Below, in pieces: positions 24,779 through 37,394 of a stretch of 64,000 bases of DNA (the first letter of the stretch is position 1; every line of letters starts with the position of its first letter). This stretch comes from Ophelia neglecta (lineage: Eukaryota): positions 25,296,001-25,360,000 of the forward strand of contig OZ260665.1 of the NCBI GenBank assembly GCA_965285935.1, read 5' to 3'. Position numbers and translations under genes: made by a program. The notes beneath the pieces were generated by a model. That model had not been told where the DNA came from. It saw only the letters and a list, made by a program, of their open reading frames with translations, and did no database searches.

Positions 24779-27700
24779 TATATATGTATATATACATGTA
24801 GATCGGGCTACTTAGTGGATACTGAATTGAGTTTGGGAGGGGGGGCGGGGGGGGGGGGCAAGAGTGCGTGAGGTAGGTGGCAGGAGTGGGGCCGGGGTAG
24901 AAGAGAGCGGGCGTGGGAGGGAAGCGCGGGGAGGGGGGTTATGGGTGGGTCGGTCATAGAGCGGACGGAACAATTACTGTTTATTGCATTGTCATTGCTG
25001 TGGGGGCACAGTAATGCCATTCACGGCAGTGACCGCTGTAAAGCAGTGGGAAGGCGGATTGGTAATGGAGGGTTTGATAACATGACCTTCCCTCCTTCAT
25101 AAGTTTTCTAGCATAGGCTAAAACAGATTTATCTTGCCACAAAGAGGTTTAAAAGTGTTTTGTTGCATGGAGGGCTTGGAGCGGCGGTGTATTTCTGTGT
25201 GAATATTAAAGTATGCTATCCTCTCACTGAACACGAGGAGTTATTAGCAACTCTTCAGCGGTCTCCTCCTCTCCAATTAAGATATATATATAACTTGAAG
25301 ATGACAAGGTTATCAAACTATTACGTTGGTCTTTTTGAGCCTTATCAATTTTACTAAAGATATCCCACGAGAGCTAGCGCTTTCTAAATGGTCTACGGAC
25401 GATTCGAGAACACTCCATTCATTGGATATTGGGCGGTTCTAGAAGGAGATTTGTGGGGCGAGGGGTGGGTGATGGTGGATGTCAGGAACGATGGATGGGG
25501 TTTCAATTGTATTATAGTTCTTTATCCAAGAAAGCGCATTAGAATTTCCAAAGCTTTTTGGTATATGACTTATGTTGTCAGGAATGTCCCCCGTCCCTAA
25601 CAGTGGGACCTCTGCGGGACACACATCTCTCTGGAGCCCAGAGACGGGACTGGCCGCTAGCCAGGACGTTCAGCCTTTAGACCGGATTTTACACACGATA
25701 GGCGACCGGTTATAACTGTATATCAGTGCTCTCATTCCTAAAAATATCTTAACAGTAAAGCCTGTCTAAATATATAGTAATGGCTTGTGTTGTTTATTAG
25801 AAGTAATTTAGAATTCTTTACTTTATCAGCACTTGAGATATGAAAGGCGAAATCACCTTAAAAACATAAAGTCTCAAATAAGAATCCTGAACCTTTAAAG
25901 TGCACAAAGTTTCACGTGATTCTGTATGCAAATTATAAGTACCATATCATTTACAATCACTAGTCACGTGTTTGTTCTGTAAAGAAAATCTCAGTTTTAT
26001 TTACAAACAGGCCCAGTACTAATAACTTGCCGTGACTGATAATTTCTAGAACAGCCTGGTCACTCTACACCGTCGATGGTGTTTGCTAGTGATAACTTTT
26101 GTAATAGACAACCATTGCTAAGCTTTAACAGATCACTTACTGCACACGACCCCGATCTGATCAAGTAGGAACATCAATGAACATTCTAGATTCGGGCGTA
26201 TGCCAACAACCGCCATCTAAACTGACGTAAAAGAGAATGCTCCATTTATTTAAGGCAACGACAGACAGAGAGTACACTGGGCTTACCTTTATCAAGGATC
26301 AGAACCGATAAAGGCTACTTATTTTATGGTAACGACATTTACATGATTCGTATTCTTTTAGTATTCGTTTCATCAACTCGCTTGTTTAATAAGCTTTTCT
26401 TAACGCTTTTGCTTTAGGAGTTAGTAACAGTAAGTAAATGCTTTACTGACATAATTGCAAAACAGCACATGCAGGTAAACTCAATAGCTGTCGTTGCTGA
26501 AACCACCAAAAATGGGGGAGTGGGAGGGGGGGGGGGACTACGGGAAGTGTGCTTCGGACTTCTATTATGGGCCAAAACGTTTTGGTTTTTTGTAGGAAGG
26601 CGGTAATTCACCTTCTTGTTTGTTTCAGTAAGCTAACGACAGCCTATGATTCGACTAGGTCAATGCATTTATATTCGAAAAACGTCATAATCGCTCATCA
26701 CAGACATTTAATCAGTCTAATTTGGTACAGAGTGGAGATTGTGAACGGAACTTTCCAACAGCAGACGTTGTGCGATTGAAGACAAGTCCATTTTAAGGTG
26801 CAGGTTTTTTACTGCATTGGGGTGATGGAATCAGTGAAGTCCGGAGCCCGGGCGTGAGTGCACTTTATATGTTTGTATATGTCCGAACCAAGTAGGAATG
26901 TTTGTAAGACATCCAGTGTTTTTAGTAGTGTTGAGTCAAGAATAATTCTGTATAGAAATCTTGGCCTTCATATTCAAATTGATAAATATATATATTTCTG
27001 CCCCTTAGATGGTTGCGCAAATGCTCTTTATGTTCACCCCATGTTAAATGGCAGTAATGCTGGGTAGTTTTTGAGTATACTTTTTAATCGACCAATGATT
27101 GGAGCGATGCATGCAGGTACTGGCTTATTCCTGTAGAGTTTTGACTATATGAGAAGCGTCTTAATAACGTTTTATTAGTAACCTGAATTAAGTAAACCAC
27201 TACCGCCTGCTCATGACATCTGGAGACACGTTAATCAGACGAGACAGACGCATTATGAGGGAGTTTCCCTGATAACCCAGAACACGGGGTACAAAAGTAT
27301 GTTTTATATATCACTTTTTTATCCTGAATTACCCTGTCAGCTGCAGCTGTTTTATTCCAAGGGTCAAGTTACAAATGAAGGCAGACTACAGCCTAAAAAC
27401 ATAAAGGATAATTACAAATACAATAAGATAAACAGTCTTGTCAATTTCCACACCACCTTAAGCGTGTAATACTCTATGTTACATAGATATACCCTCACCC
27501 ACAAACAACTCATAGGCCTACCACATTACACATAAAGAAATAGAAGAAAAATAACAAATACATGAGACAAATAGACAATATGGACTCCCACATCATCATA
27601 CGAATAACAAACCATTGATACACAGACTATCATTTGAGATCTAAAATGCTTGTTACCTATTTATACCCCCCACCCCACCCCCCACCGGGAAAAAATTGAA

Positions 27701-29687
27701 GGTGGAACCTTTAACAGATCTTTTCATTCTCCAGTCTATTCAATACTTGAATACACCCTGTGTTACTGATAGGAGGCACCCCATCCTGCTCCAGTTGGTG
27801 TTTTTCTACAACAATGCGCCTGCCCCTTATCATGTGTATATACATTGTGGAATCTGCAGAGAGCTGAACATTACTTCTCTGAATACAGTCTCGGGTTATA
27901 AAGCGGGCAATACGTCTTTCCGTATTATTGTGCGGCGAGCTCGCCACACAATATTACCAAGTGTACCATTGATATTGACAAAATACATACGGTGCCTCCA
28001 TACAACACGTAAAATTCAAGCCCTATACATAAGAATGTGACATGATATGTAATTGTGTACTCCCAGTAATATGATAATTACAATACTGGTATGTGTACTA
28101 TATGCTATATATAATATACGCACTTTAAATCAATCATCAGTAGAGATCAAATAGAAAATTGCACGTTTACGGTAACACCTGCGAGAGCGGCGTCAAGCAT
28201 GGAGTCACCTGGGCGCGATGTTTTCATATTAGAATTGCCATGTATGTGTGGCAGAGCAAATCTTGTCCTGCTGAGGAAGCAATATGAAGCTATATTGGCC
28301 TGAACCAAGCGATATCTCCCGAGGGTGTTAGCCCGAGGAAAATATCGTATGCTGAAGATAAGAGTAATTAGCCGTTATAAATATGCTTCTTCAAACACAT
28401 ATGTAAATGTGATAAGTCAGAACTAGAGTTTAGAAACTTGGCAGTTATTTCACAGTGAAGCACCACGGTTAAGAAAGCCTGTTTCTACCATTTAACCATA
28501 CTCTGGAAAAGTGATGATTGTTAAAACTGCCTTTATAGTCGGGTATGAGTGTGTTACCATACACAAATAGGCAAGGCACTTTGGAGTTTTGCCAGGTCCT
28601 AACCAACAACCATATGCATATATTGTTATTATATTGGCCCATCACTGTACATTCAATGCTTTCATATCTTACTAGATATACCAAGTGATGCCTATAGACC
28701 CAAGAAGTAAAACAAAACGAACGCAGTCACCCTTGTTTTTTTAGGGCTGTTTAACTACATCTTAAACCGTCTTATCAGTAGCTTTACCAATAGATATAAA
28801 TGATTATATCAAAACTAAGCAAAAGTAAGCTGGATTTTGTTTATATTACAGACTATTCAGGTGAATGTTAAGTTGCAGGAGCTGTATGGTACCTACCTCA
28901 ACAGAAACTTATGTACAAGTTCCGGCTAACATATTCCTATATACATGTATACTATTATGTATATCTGAACGAAATGAAATTCAATGTGGCATTAAATATC
29001 GGATGAACATTCATTGTAACCACGCCTAAATAGCTTACGGATAGTTTGGTTTATATTCGACAATCTGTTTTTATCTATTCGATAGGCACTAGAGAGTAAT
29101 TAGGTTCAATGCTCTCAGTGCGGTTGACTTCCAGTGATGATGGCGCCCTGGAATTAGTTTGACGGGCTGCCTGATTGTTGTTTAAGAGGATGTAAGCCAC
29201 TGCATCTCTAGCCACTTGGGGGCAATAATACAATGCATGTTCTGGCGCTGTTTCTGTACATACATCAATTAAATCTGAGCTGGAACCACTAAACTATTGG
29301 TTTGGTTGTTCCAGATCTGAGAGGGACACGACCTTCCTTGTGAAAAAAAAACCCCCCCACCTGACATCCGTATTGATTGGCGGGAGCTGACGTGAATACG
29401 ATTTAGGGGCCGTCTGGTGTTGTTATGTACCGAGGGCTGGGTGAGGCAGACGACTTCAGGTCTACAGACGAGTCCGCTGATTGGTCATTCATCAGTAAGC
29501 CATCTGTTGTCATCTTTATGGCTTGAGCTGTCGTATTATTCGCCTTGTTGGATTGATAAATCGTCTGTAGAGCTGGTATATTGATCGTGTTATATATGTA
29601 TAGACAAAAAGCCGTAACGTTAGGTTACTGGGATTTATGCCAAGTTAGGCCATGTCTTAATATTCTTAATGCAATCCGGTGAAACGA

Positions 29688-29949
29688 NNNNNNNNNNNNN
29701 NNNNNNNNNNNNNNNNNNNNNNNNNNNNNNNNNNNNNNNNNNNNNNNNNNNNNNNNNNNNNNNNNNNNNNNNNNNNNNNNNNNNNNNNNNNNNNNNNNNN
29801 NNNNNNNNNNNNNNNNNNNNNNNNNNNNNNNNNNNNNNNNNNNNNNNNNNNNNNNNNNNNNNNNNNNNNNNNNNNNNNNNNNNNNNNNNNNNNNNNNNNN
29901 NNNNNNNNNNNNNNNNNNNNNNNNNNNNNNNNNNNNNNNNNNNNNNNNN
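29688..29949. other. Assembly gap (262 N)
   Basis: Run of N characters. Confidence 1.
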
Positions 29950-32149
29950 AAGGTACCCTACCTTGTCAGGGTAAGGATTGTATTTTTTGCACTCTCAGGT
30001 GCCATACTGTACAAGGTGTAGTGGCCAAAGAATCGGTCGGCAGTATAAGCCCGTTTCATTGCAGGACAACTTCTCCCTTTTATGCCAGAATAATCCATTG
30101 GACCGATATCCTTGCCAAAGGTGATTGGCTGGCGTTATCCAAAACAACCAGCCCAGACAGAGTGGAAACGACTCTTAAAAATTCACATGACCGTCACCGG
30201 AAGTTTCTGTAGCCAGTCTAGAAGCTTTGGATCACTGGACCACTCTTTAGTAACTTTCCGTAACTTCGTGCCTCTTAAGATTAAAACTGATAGCCTTCAA
30301 ATCGTTTGACCCAAACAAACAAGAAGTATACTACTACACTTCCACGTGTCTCTGTAAAGACTCCCAGCTCAGTCAATGTTGCTTAAGTGTGACATATTTA
30401 ATTTAAATGTTCGCTGGTGAATCGCTATACAATCAACAAGTATGCATGAAGCTAAGGCCGATGCATTGAGTATCAAAGAACAATCATGAATATTTTATTT
30501 TCATATTGAAACAGAAAATTTGCGGCAACCCTTGATTTTGAAATAAAAAGGGCGCCGAGTACCTCAAAACTTACTCGCTGAAGAAAACTAAACCTTCTTT
30601 TTAAGGCTAAGACAATCGCACTTTACGTATAGAGGTTATTTTTCTATTATGAAAATATTTGTAACTAAGACCTTCTGACTATTATTTAAAAAAAAACTCA
30701 GTGAATTACTGCCGCTAATCATTAGCTTTTATTCTAGTAAGATGATAGTGATTCTCTTGGTGTGGAAAAAGATAATTTGCTTCTCAAACTCGCTCAAACT
30801 GTAAATTTACCCCTCGTCTGAAAAAACAACACTTTTGTTTGGGGATTAAAGCCCCCCCCCCCCCCTCTATCACTACCTCCATATCCGTCCCTATGGACGA
30901 AGCATTGTATTCTTGGAATACGGGTGGTAGAGAATCTACATTATACTGTTTATGAGGGTCATTTGATATGTGCTATAGAGGGGATTAAACATTACTGGCA
31001 ATAATCCATAAAGCGACAAACACTTTAAAATAATTCTCTAGGTAGGAATTCGTGCATGGGCAGGCATGTTACGGGTCATTCAACGCCGAGGAGTTAAGGA
31101 GTGGTGGGTTTGTCTTCTGAAGGGAAGTCGGCAGCATCTCCTGATACCGCGGTCGTACCACATTAAGCCATGGTCCTATAAATCACGGGAACGCAAATCC
31201 TTGCTGCTCCGGTGGACGGTGAAATTTTATGCTTACGCCCCTGAAAACCGCGCCAATTCTGTCACCCCCTATCAGGGTCCCAGCTCATTTTTTAACGCCC
31301 CCCTCCCCCATAAATCTCTGCCAGATTCAATACAATTAATCCGGTACACTTGCTCTATTTGTATTTGTACACCCTCAATATCGCAAATATGGAATTATAG
31401 ATCGTAGGGATGTTTATTTTGGTCTATTGGAATTAATGTTCATTTTGGAATTATTGGCTCAATGCTCTGCTTTATTTGGCAGTACATTTCATCTTTTTGA
31501 AAGACAGTTAGCGGTTTTTAACTGTTACTTTCGTGCACACAGATTTTGTTGTTGTTAATGTTGCACACAAAATGAGATCCTGCTGTAAATGAAATGGACT
31601 ACTGTTACATGGAAGTAATACGTTCAAGAGTAGAGTGCCAAAAAGTTCGTACTTTCCTTCATGAGTTTATGTATATAGTATAAATTTCGATGACAGTTTA
31701 TTGACCCCTCCCCCAAGGATTTCCCCACCTCCCCGTAGCAAATGGCCACTCGGCATTCTTTTGGCAATACACGCAAACAGTTTTCTAAACAGTTCTACTG
31801 GGACGTTTAAGACAGCTTTAGGTACTATAAGTGGTTTAACAAGTTTGATAACACTGTGTCAAACAATGATGCATCCCCAGAGAGACTCTACCTGAATTGT
31901 AAGCAGTACTTACAGACGGGAATTAATCTGCGCATGACTAATGTACTTATTGAATAGCCAAAAACTACATGTAAAAAAAAGAGACGAAAATCCTGTTGCA
32001 GTGTGGACAATGTCGGTAGGGTTCTATCATATGATTGGTGAGTACTCGTCGATTATTTCTCAGAACAGTTCTCAGTAGCAAATAACCCGACAAATGTTGA
32101 ATACTTCACCTCTAGCGCTAGAACTACTGGGTAGGATTAAAGTGATGTC

Positions 32150-33480
32150 AAGTCATTTACTACGAATTTAGAAGAAATAGCACGCTGTCTGAGCTTGAGC
32201 AAGTCCTCAAATGGGTAAAAAGTATTACAGTCACGGGTGGTGACAAGCTGCCCAAAGAGTTCTTTGAGTTCATTAAATCACTGGGCGCTGTGTTCAACAT
32301 GGTTTTAGAAAATGGTGAATTACCGCGATTCTGGGCCTTAGTGGAAAATAGAGCCCTTCCTAAAAAGCCAAAAATCTGACCCTAAGAATAATCTTCCAAT
32401 AACTCTACTCAGCTGCTTTGGTAGAATATTTACTGATACATATCTTTAATAGGTGGGTTTATCAATGGACAGAGGGAAACTTTGTTTTCCATGCAGGCCA
32501 GGCGGGGATCAGTAACAACCATGGCACTTTGATTGTGTTTAAGACATTTGGTGGGAGGCAGCCTATAGGCTGAAGAGGGAAGAATTGTTCACAGTAATGG
32601 CTGACTTCCGGCGGGCATTTGACCAGGTTGTACATAACAATGTCTGGTAGACACTAATCCGATTAGGTATCGGTGGCAAGTTTGTTTAGGTCATGATGAA
32701 CATGTACACACATGTTCATGTAAAATCATAATTAGTGTTAAAGAACACGCCATACGCTAAGTGTTAGAGCATTTTAAATGTTAACATTGTCGAAAACCCA
32801 GGAGAAAAAGCATTCTAATCGTTACCGGCTGAATAGAATGTCACCTTCGAGTTTTATGTAAATTAGGACTTGGAATGTTACGGACAATACTTAATTTTTT
32901 AAATTTCCTTTGGACTTTGTCTTCTTTGAATTTGTGAGATACATTTAGTTTCGTACTCATAAATTCACCTCGCATGGACATGCCAAGCGAGTGAACTAAG
33001 CTAGACATTAAAACATGTAATATTTTCCGGGAACCCGTTTCCCATTGGTTGGCGTAATAATGATATTGATAGCAATCATTGATTTGCAAATGTGTTTAGG
33101 AACGTTTGTTATTTAAACGCTTTTACCAAATATGTCAACTCCAGGAAAAGCACACTACGCCCTGACCTAGCTTTCAACATTAATTTTTGTATGGTACTTG
33201 CATGTTTACTCCAAGTCCCTGTCGCGAGTAGGCACGATTTAGATACAAAATGAGTACACTGCAAATGCGATTAGCCAAATTAAAGCAGTCTGACTGTGAA
33301 TGTTGTGGTTGTTTAGACAACGAAAAACACTTCTTATACTAGTCTGTACTCATTTCGATCACATCCGTAACAAATATACATAGATCCTTGTACTACACAC
33401 ATGGATTAACTGATCAGGTGATCGAACTATTGTGTTTGAACAACTCATACACGTGTTCTAAATAAACCGTTACTTTTTCC
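32150..33480 (+). mobile_element. Heavily decayed RTE-X-like LINE (RT N-terminal half and CCHC tail)
   Basis: Broken translations GGDKLPKEFF, DPKNNLPITLLSCFGRIF, GQAG, MADFRRAFDQV...W*TLIRLGIGGK, then CECCGCLDNEKHF...C near 33295-33350. Collinear with the element at 1556-4620. Confidence 0.75.
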
Positions 33481-35323
33481 TCAAAAAAAAGGTAGGCACG
33501 ACAAGAGGGAGACTAAGCAAGTGTAAACAAACAATGTTTCAAAATAAAATCCACCAAATTGCTGAAATAAGTTTCAAAGCATAATTGCATTCGGATACTT
33601 GTCGAATTTTGTTCTATAGAAATACCCGCATATTTGTGGTATTTTAGTTTAGTTGTTTTACAGCAATATGCTGGTATGTGTAACGTAAATACGAAATGGT
33701 TTGTAGTTAGGGAATCCTTTCTCAATGTACGACATGTTATAGGTTTGTGTCTATGATATTTAACGGATTGATTACACATATACGGGTGTATACTACTATA
33801 CGCTCATACTGATCCTCAATAACCGCCAGACAATAATTAAATTTGTGATTTAGCCTAACTAGGCGGGAAGAAACGAACAGTGACCATTTGAGACTTTTTA
33901 ATTCTAAAGCATAGCCTAAATTGTCTAAATTGAGTTTATAATCTGGTTTTAATATAAAATGATTATATTAGCATGTTTGGTTTACAACTCTAGTATAGTT
34001 GGTCCCATAACTCATTTGTCTTTGTCATTGTCATTCTCATCAAAGGTCATTCAATACGCCTGTATCGATGCGGCCATTTTTACGCTTGTCTTGACATCAT
34101 GACGCATATATCGTTCTGGAGAAAGTCCACGTAATAAATGATCCCTTGAAGTGCTCTGATATGTCCAATCTTGTACCGACGCCCACTCTCCACCAACGCG
34201 GTCTCTCGAGCAATTTGGCTAAGACATGTGCCATTTGAGAAGCAGGCCCACTTGTTCTTCAATGTGTCGTATTTGCTACCAATCCTAGGCTTCTAATGTA
34301 GATATCCCACTGTAAAGGAGATTCGGTTATTACCTTTGTTCTTTGAACTAATAGACCCAAGGACAGGTGGTAGCAAACTCATTCTCAACAATATACTCAG
34401 CGAGTTTTTAGTACAGACTTTTTATTTACGCGTAGCATCACGGCTTTAAGTTACAACATGACTCATTTACCCAGACGGCAATATGGGCGGCGGCGGCTCG
34501 ACTCGGTAAAATGATTCTTCTTTGCATCCTGGTCATTTTATTTTTATTTAGATATTCAATTCACCTTTAATCAACATCTAGAAATTGACCACAAGGTTCC
34601 CAGTTGTCTCTAACCAGCTTGAACAGCCTGTGGAAAATGCTGTTCTCTTACACCGCTGAATATAGATGCCAACTTGTGCCTCAATATGTTTAACAATGCA
34701 TGTGTTTTGTAAAGCTTCGCGGAAAGTAAGAATCTGCTTTGTCAGAGACACGTGTTTGTACCAGATCATAGGTTGTCATACCTTTGTTTCACATCCAAAT
34801 TGAACTTCGTTTTCTTTGCATGGATGCTATGTACAATATTCTCATGTACATGTATGTAATTTAATTATATTCTATTAATATATTCCGCTATGGCAATAAA
34901 ACCATTATTCGTTTGTTGCTATGGCAAAATAGTAAAGTTTTCTTATTTCATGACTGCAACATTACACTGTATATACTTTAATGCTATACTCTATTCCGTA
35001 AAAATAGCCAGTCGGACAAATTATGAAACTGATACTGCACTGCCATTCTATAACTTTAATAAATGTTTAACCTTTCTCTCTTTGCAGGTATAACTTAGCG
35101 TGGCAAAGAGAACATATCATTATTGTGATCAGAAATAGGCATTTTACCAGGTGAAAAGGACAATGGAATGGATATTTCTATAAGCGGTTCTGTTGAAACC
35201 TAATAAATTATATTTGCTCAAGGATATCCCACAAAGACATTGGTTTGCTTCAATTCCTTCTTTTCAATTGTGCATCACAAACTTTGGGCCGGATTTGAGA
35301 TTGACCGGTAGGGACGGCCGAGT

Positions 35324-35683
35324 ATGAAGAAGGGCGAACACGTGATTGACTATGACAATGACGACGACCTTGACCCCAATCGAGGTCAATGCTGTTTGCG
35401 AGCAGCCCATTTCTCAGCCTCGTTTTCGATTATGGCCATTTTGTCGGCCGTGATTCTTATCCTTTCCTTCTACGACAAATACTTCTTCAATCTACGGACA
35501 CCCGCCGCCGCTATATTCGGTTTGACGTCATTCCTCGCCGTGATCACTGGCATCGTGTCTATTTTCATTGAGTGTCGTCTGCAGGAAAAGTCACACTTCT
35601 GTCGTCGAATTTACTTCATCGTCTGTTGTCTTTGTGTTGACGACATAGACAAACAGATTTTGTATGGGCGGACAAAGGTATAG
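35324..35683 (+). CDS. Uncharacterised small Cys-rich two-TM membrane protein, 119 aa (paralog A)
   Basis: Intact single-exon ORF with an in-frame stop upstream. Aligns without gaps to 48907-49401 at about 69% identity (82/119, hand count) with mostly conservative changes. Two hydrophobic segments, CC clusters, C-terminal TKV. Strong splice acceptor at 35087 suggests a 5'-UTR intron. Confidence 0.8.
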   Translation: MKKGEHVIDYDNDDDLDPNRGQCCLRAAHFSASFSIMAILSAVILILSFYDKYFFNLRTPAAAIFGLTSFLAVITGIVSIFIECRLQEKSHFCRRIYFIVCCLCVDDIDKQILYGRTKV

Positions 35684-36852
35684 AACAACAGCTATACTAC
35701 CATATCTCTCAGATAAAATGTACTTATAAATACGCGTTTAGAGAATAACGGTGACCTCGTGAAAGCTTAGTATCTGCGTGCCCACATGGATCCTGAGATG
35801 GCCACATATATCCACTAACTTTTCAACTTAATCTGGCTTCTCTTTTGGAACAAAAGTTCTCAGTGTGCACATAATACAGGCGGTGAATTTTCTGTGCTAA
35901 AACATTGGCTATAAACAAATACATATAGATTATGGCATTGCATATGTGCACTGAGCTGTGGTTTTCGAAATGCAAAGCAAGAAAGCGATCAGGACAAATA
36001 TCTCTCTGAGAACTGGTTCGGCAATGTCGGGCATCTTAAAACAGTCAACGGTCAACAATCGATTGAGATTGGGTTTCAGGCCTCCTGCGCGTGATGACAT
36101 GAACTTCAATGCAATCCTTTTGCACTTAAATTATAATTTATAGTTATTAAATTTAATTGCACAAAAGAAATGTAATGACAGATAAATCGTACTCGGGTCT
36201 ATTTTTATGAGAATTATATGTATGTATTCAGGATCCTAGATTAAAAAATGTGATAATATAACAACATGAGGCTTATTATATAACGTAATGTGCATGGTCA
36301 TTCTAGGATAATATTGTTATTTGCATCAGTTTAGAGGCACTTATAATGGTTGTTTTTAATGAGGGCACTTATCACGCAATTTTAATGAGGACAATTCATT
36401 TGGCATTTCAAAGATGCGAGTACTTAATGTTTGGCAGTATCAGCGCATGCGTACTACATGTAATGCCAAACGAGCTGCGGCGCTTTCGGGGCCTCCGTCG
36501 GTCGGGACCATGTTTAACCAAAATCACCGAACAGGATATAGTCGCGACCCGAAGGTTCGAAGTTTTATTCGAAAGTGCCCCTATTATATCAGTTGGACTT
36601 AGCTTGTTACAACGCATGCAAGCCAGACGGCTTCGTTCCAACTCACCCGTGATTGCCGGTAGCAAGCCAGGATACATATACTTAAGCGATATGTCAGATA
36701 GACTACTATTTAGAATTTTATAAATATTTCCAAACTATCCTTTTAATACTTGATTAATTTGACAGAGACTTTATATCATACTATTGCCCATATAAAGCAT
36801 GCGCTACCGTAATGCTATCCTGTTGAAGTAGTGTAAATATTCTCTCTAGGGT

Positions 36853-36962
36853 TTTTTTATTTTATTTTTGGGGCTTAACGACACATAGACACCATGTGGG
36901 TCATTTAATGTCTTAAGTTGGGTATAGTTAATCGTTTATTGTACTGTCTATTTTTATTTACA
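36853..36962 (-). mobile_element. Short retroposed (SINE/LINE 3'-tail) insertion with 10-bp TSD
   Basis: TCTCTAGGGT at 36843-36852 and 36963-36972 flanks 110 bp that ends, on the minus strand, in an A-rich tail. Confidence 0.55.
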
Positions 36963-36972
36963 TCTCTAGGGT

Positions 36973-37394
36973 GTGCAGTCTATAGTCGACTATATGTAAT
37001 AGGATATTTAAAGCTGTTATATAGTCCGAAACGGTAGTGATGGTGGGGAGCGTTTGGGGTTGTAGAGAGGAGGTGGAAGGTTTAAATGTTACTAATTTTA
37101 AATGGCTTTTTCGTTTTCATTATCCAAGGTCGGCAAGGCTGGGAGGAGGAGGGGTGGGGTGGAGGGTGTGCTGACAATGCAAATTTATGAGGGGAGGGTC
37201 GTCCGGGAATGACAAAACAACGACTGCGGATGATTCTGGGAGGAGGGTGGGGTGAAGATGGGATGGACAGGGGTTTGATGGGACGGGTTGGGCAGGGCTT
37301 AAAGTGGTGTTGGGCCTGTTTGTTGTCTGTAAAAACACGTGCTGGTCGGAGAACCGAGATTTCGATAGCGAGCGACGCGAACAGGTCTTTCTAG
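36973..37394 (+). mobile_element. Non-autonomous Helitron-like repeat (3' part)
   Basis: Collinear with the reverse complement of 52778-53165 over about 400 bp. Both copies end at the same point, GC-rich ...GCGAAC(A/G)GGTC(T/G)TTCTAG|T. Confidence 0.65.

Noticed and set aside
24836-24966. G-rich tracts here and at 17805, 19540, 22886, 23136 and 23763 as functional G-quadruplexes
   Set aside because: Several lie within or at the ends of MITE-like relics and homopolymer lengths are unreliable. There is no positional evidence of function.
27711-27947. ERRIARFITRD resembling the LINE RT C-terminal QRRAARF motif
   Set aside because: A single short motif with no flanking collinear similarity.
29669-30212. 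ORFs of 101 and 177 aa
   Set aside because: Artefacts of translating through the N gap.
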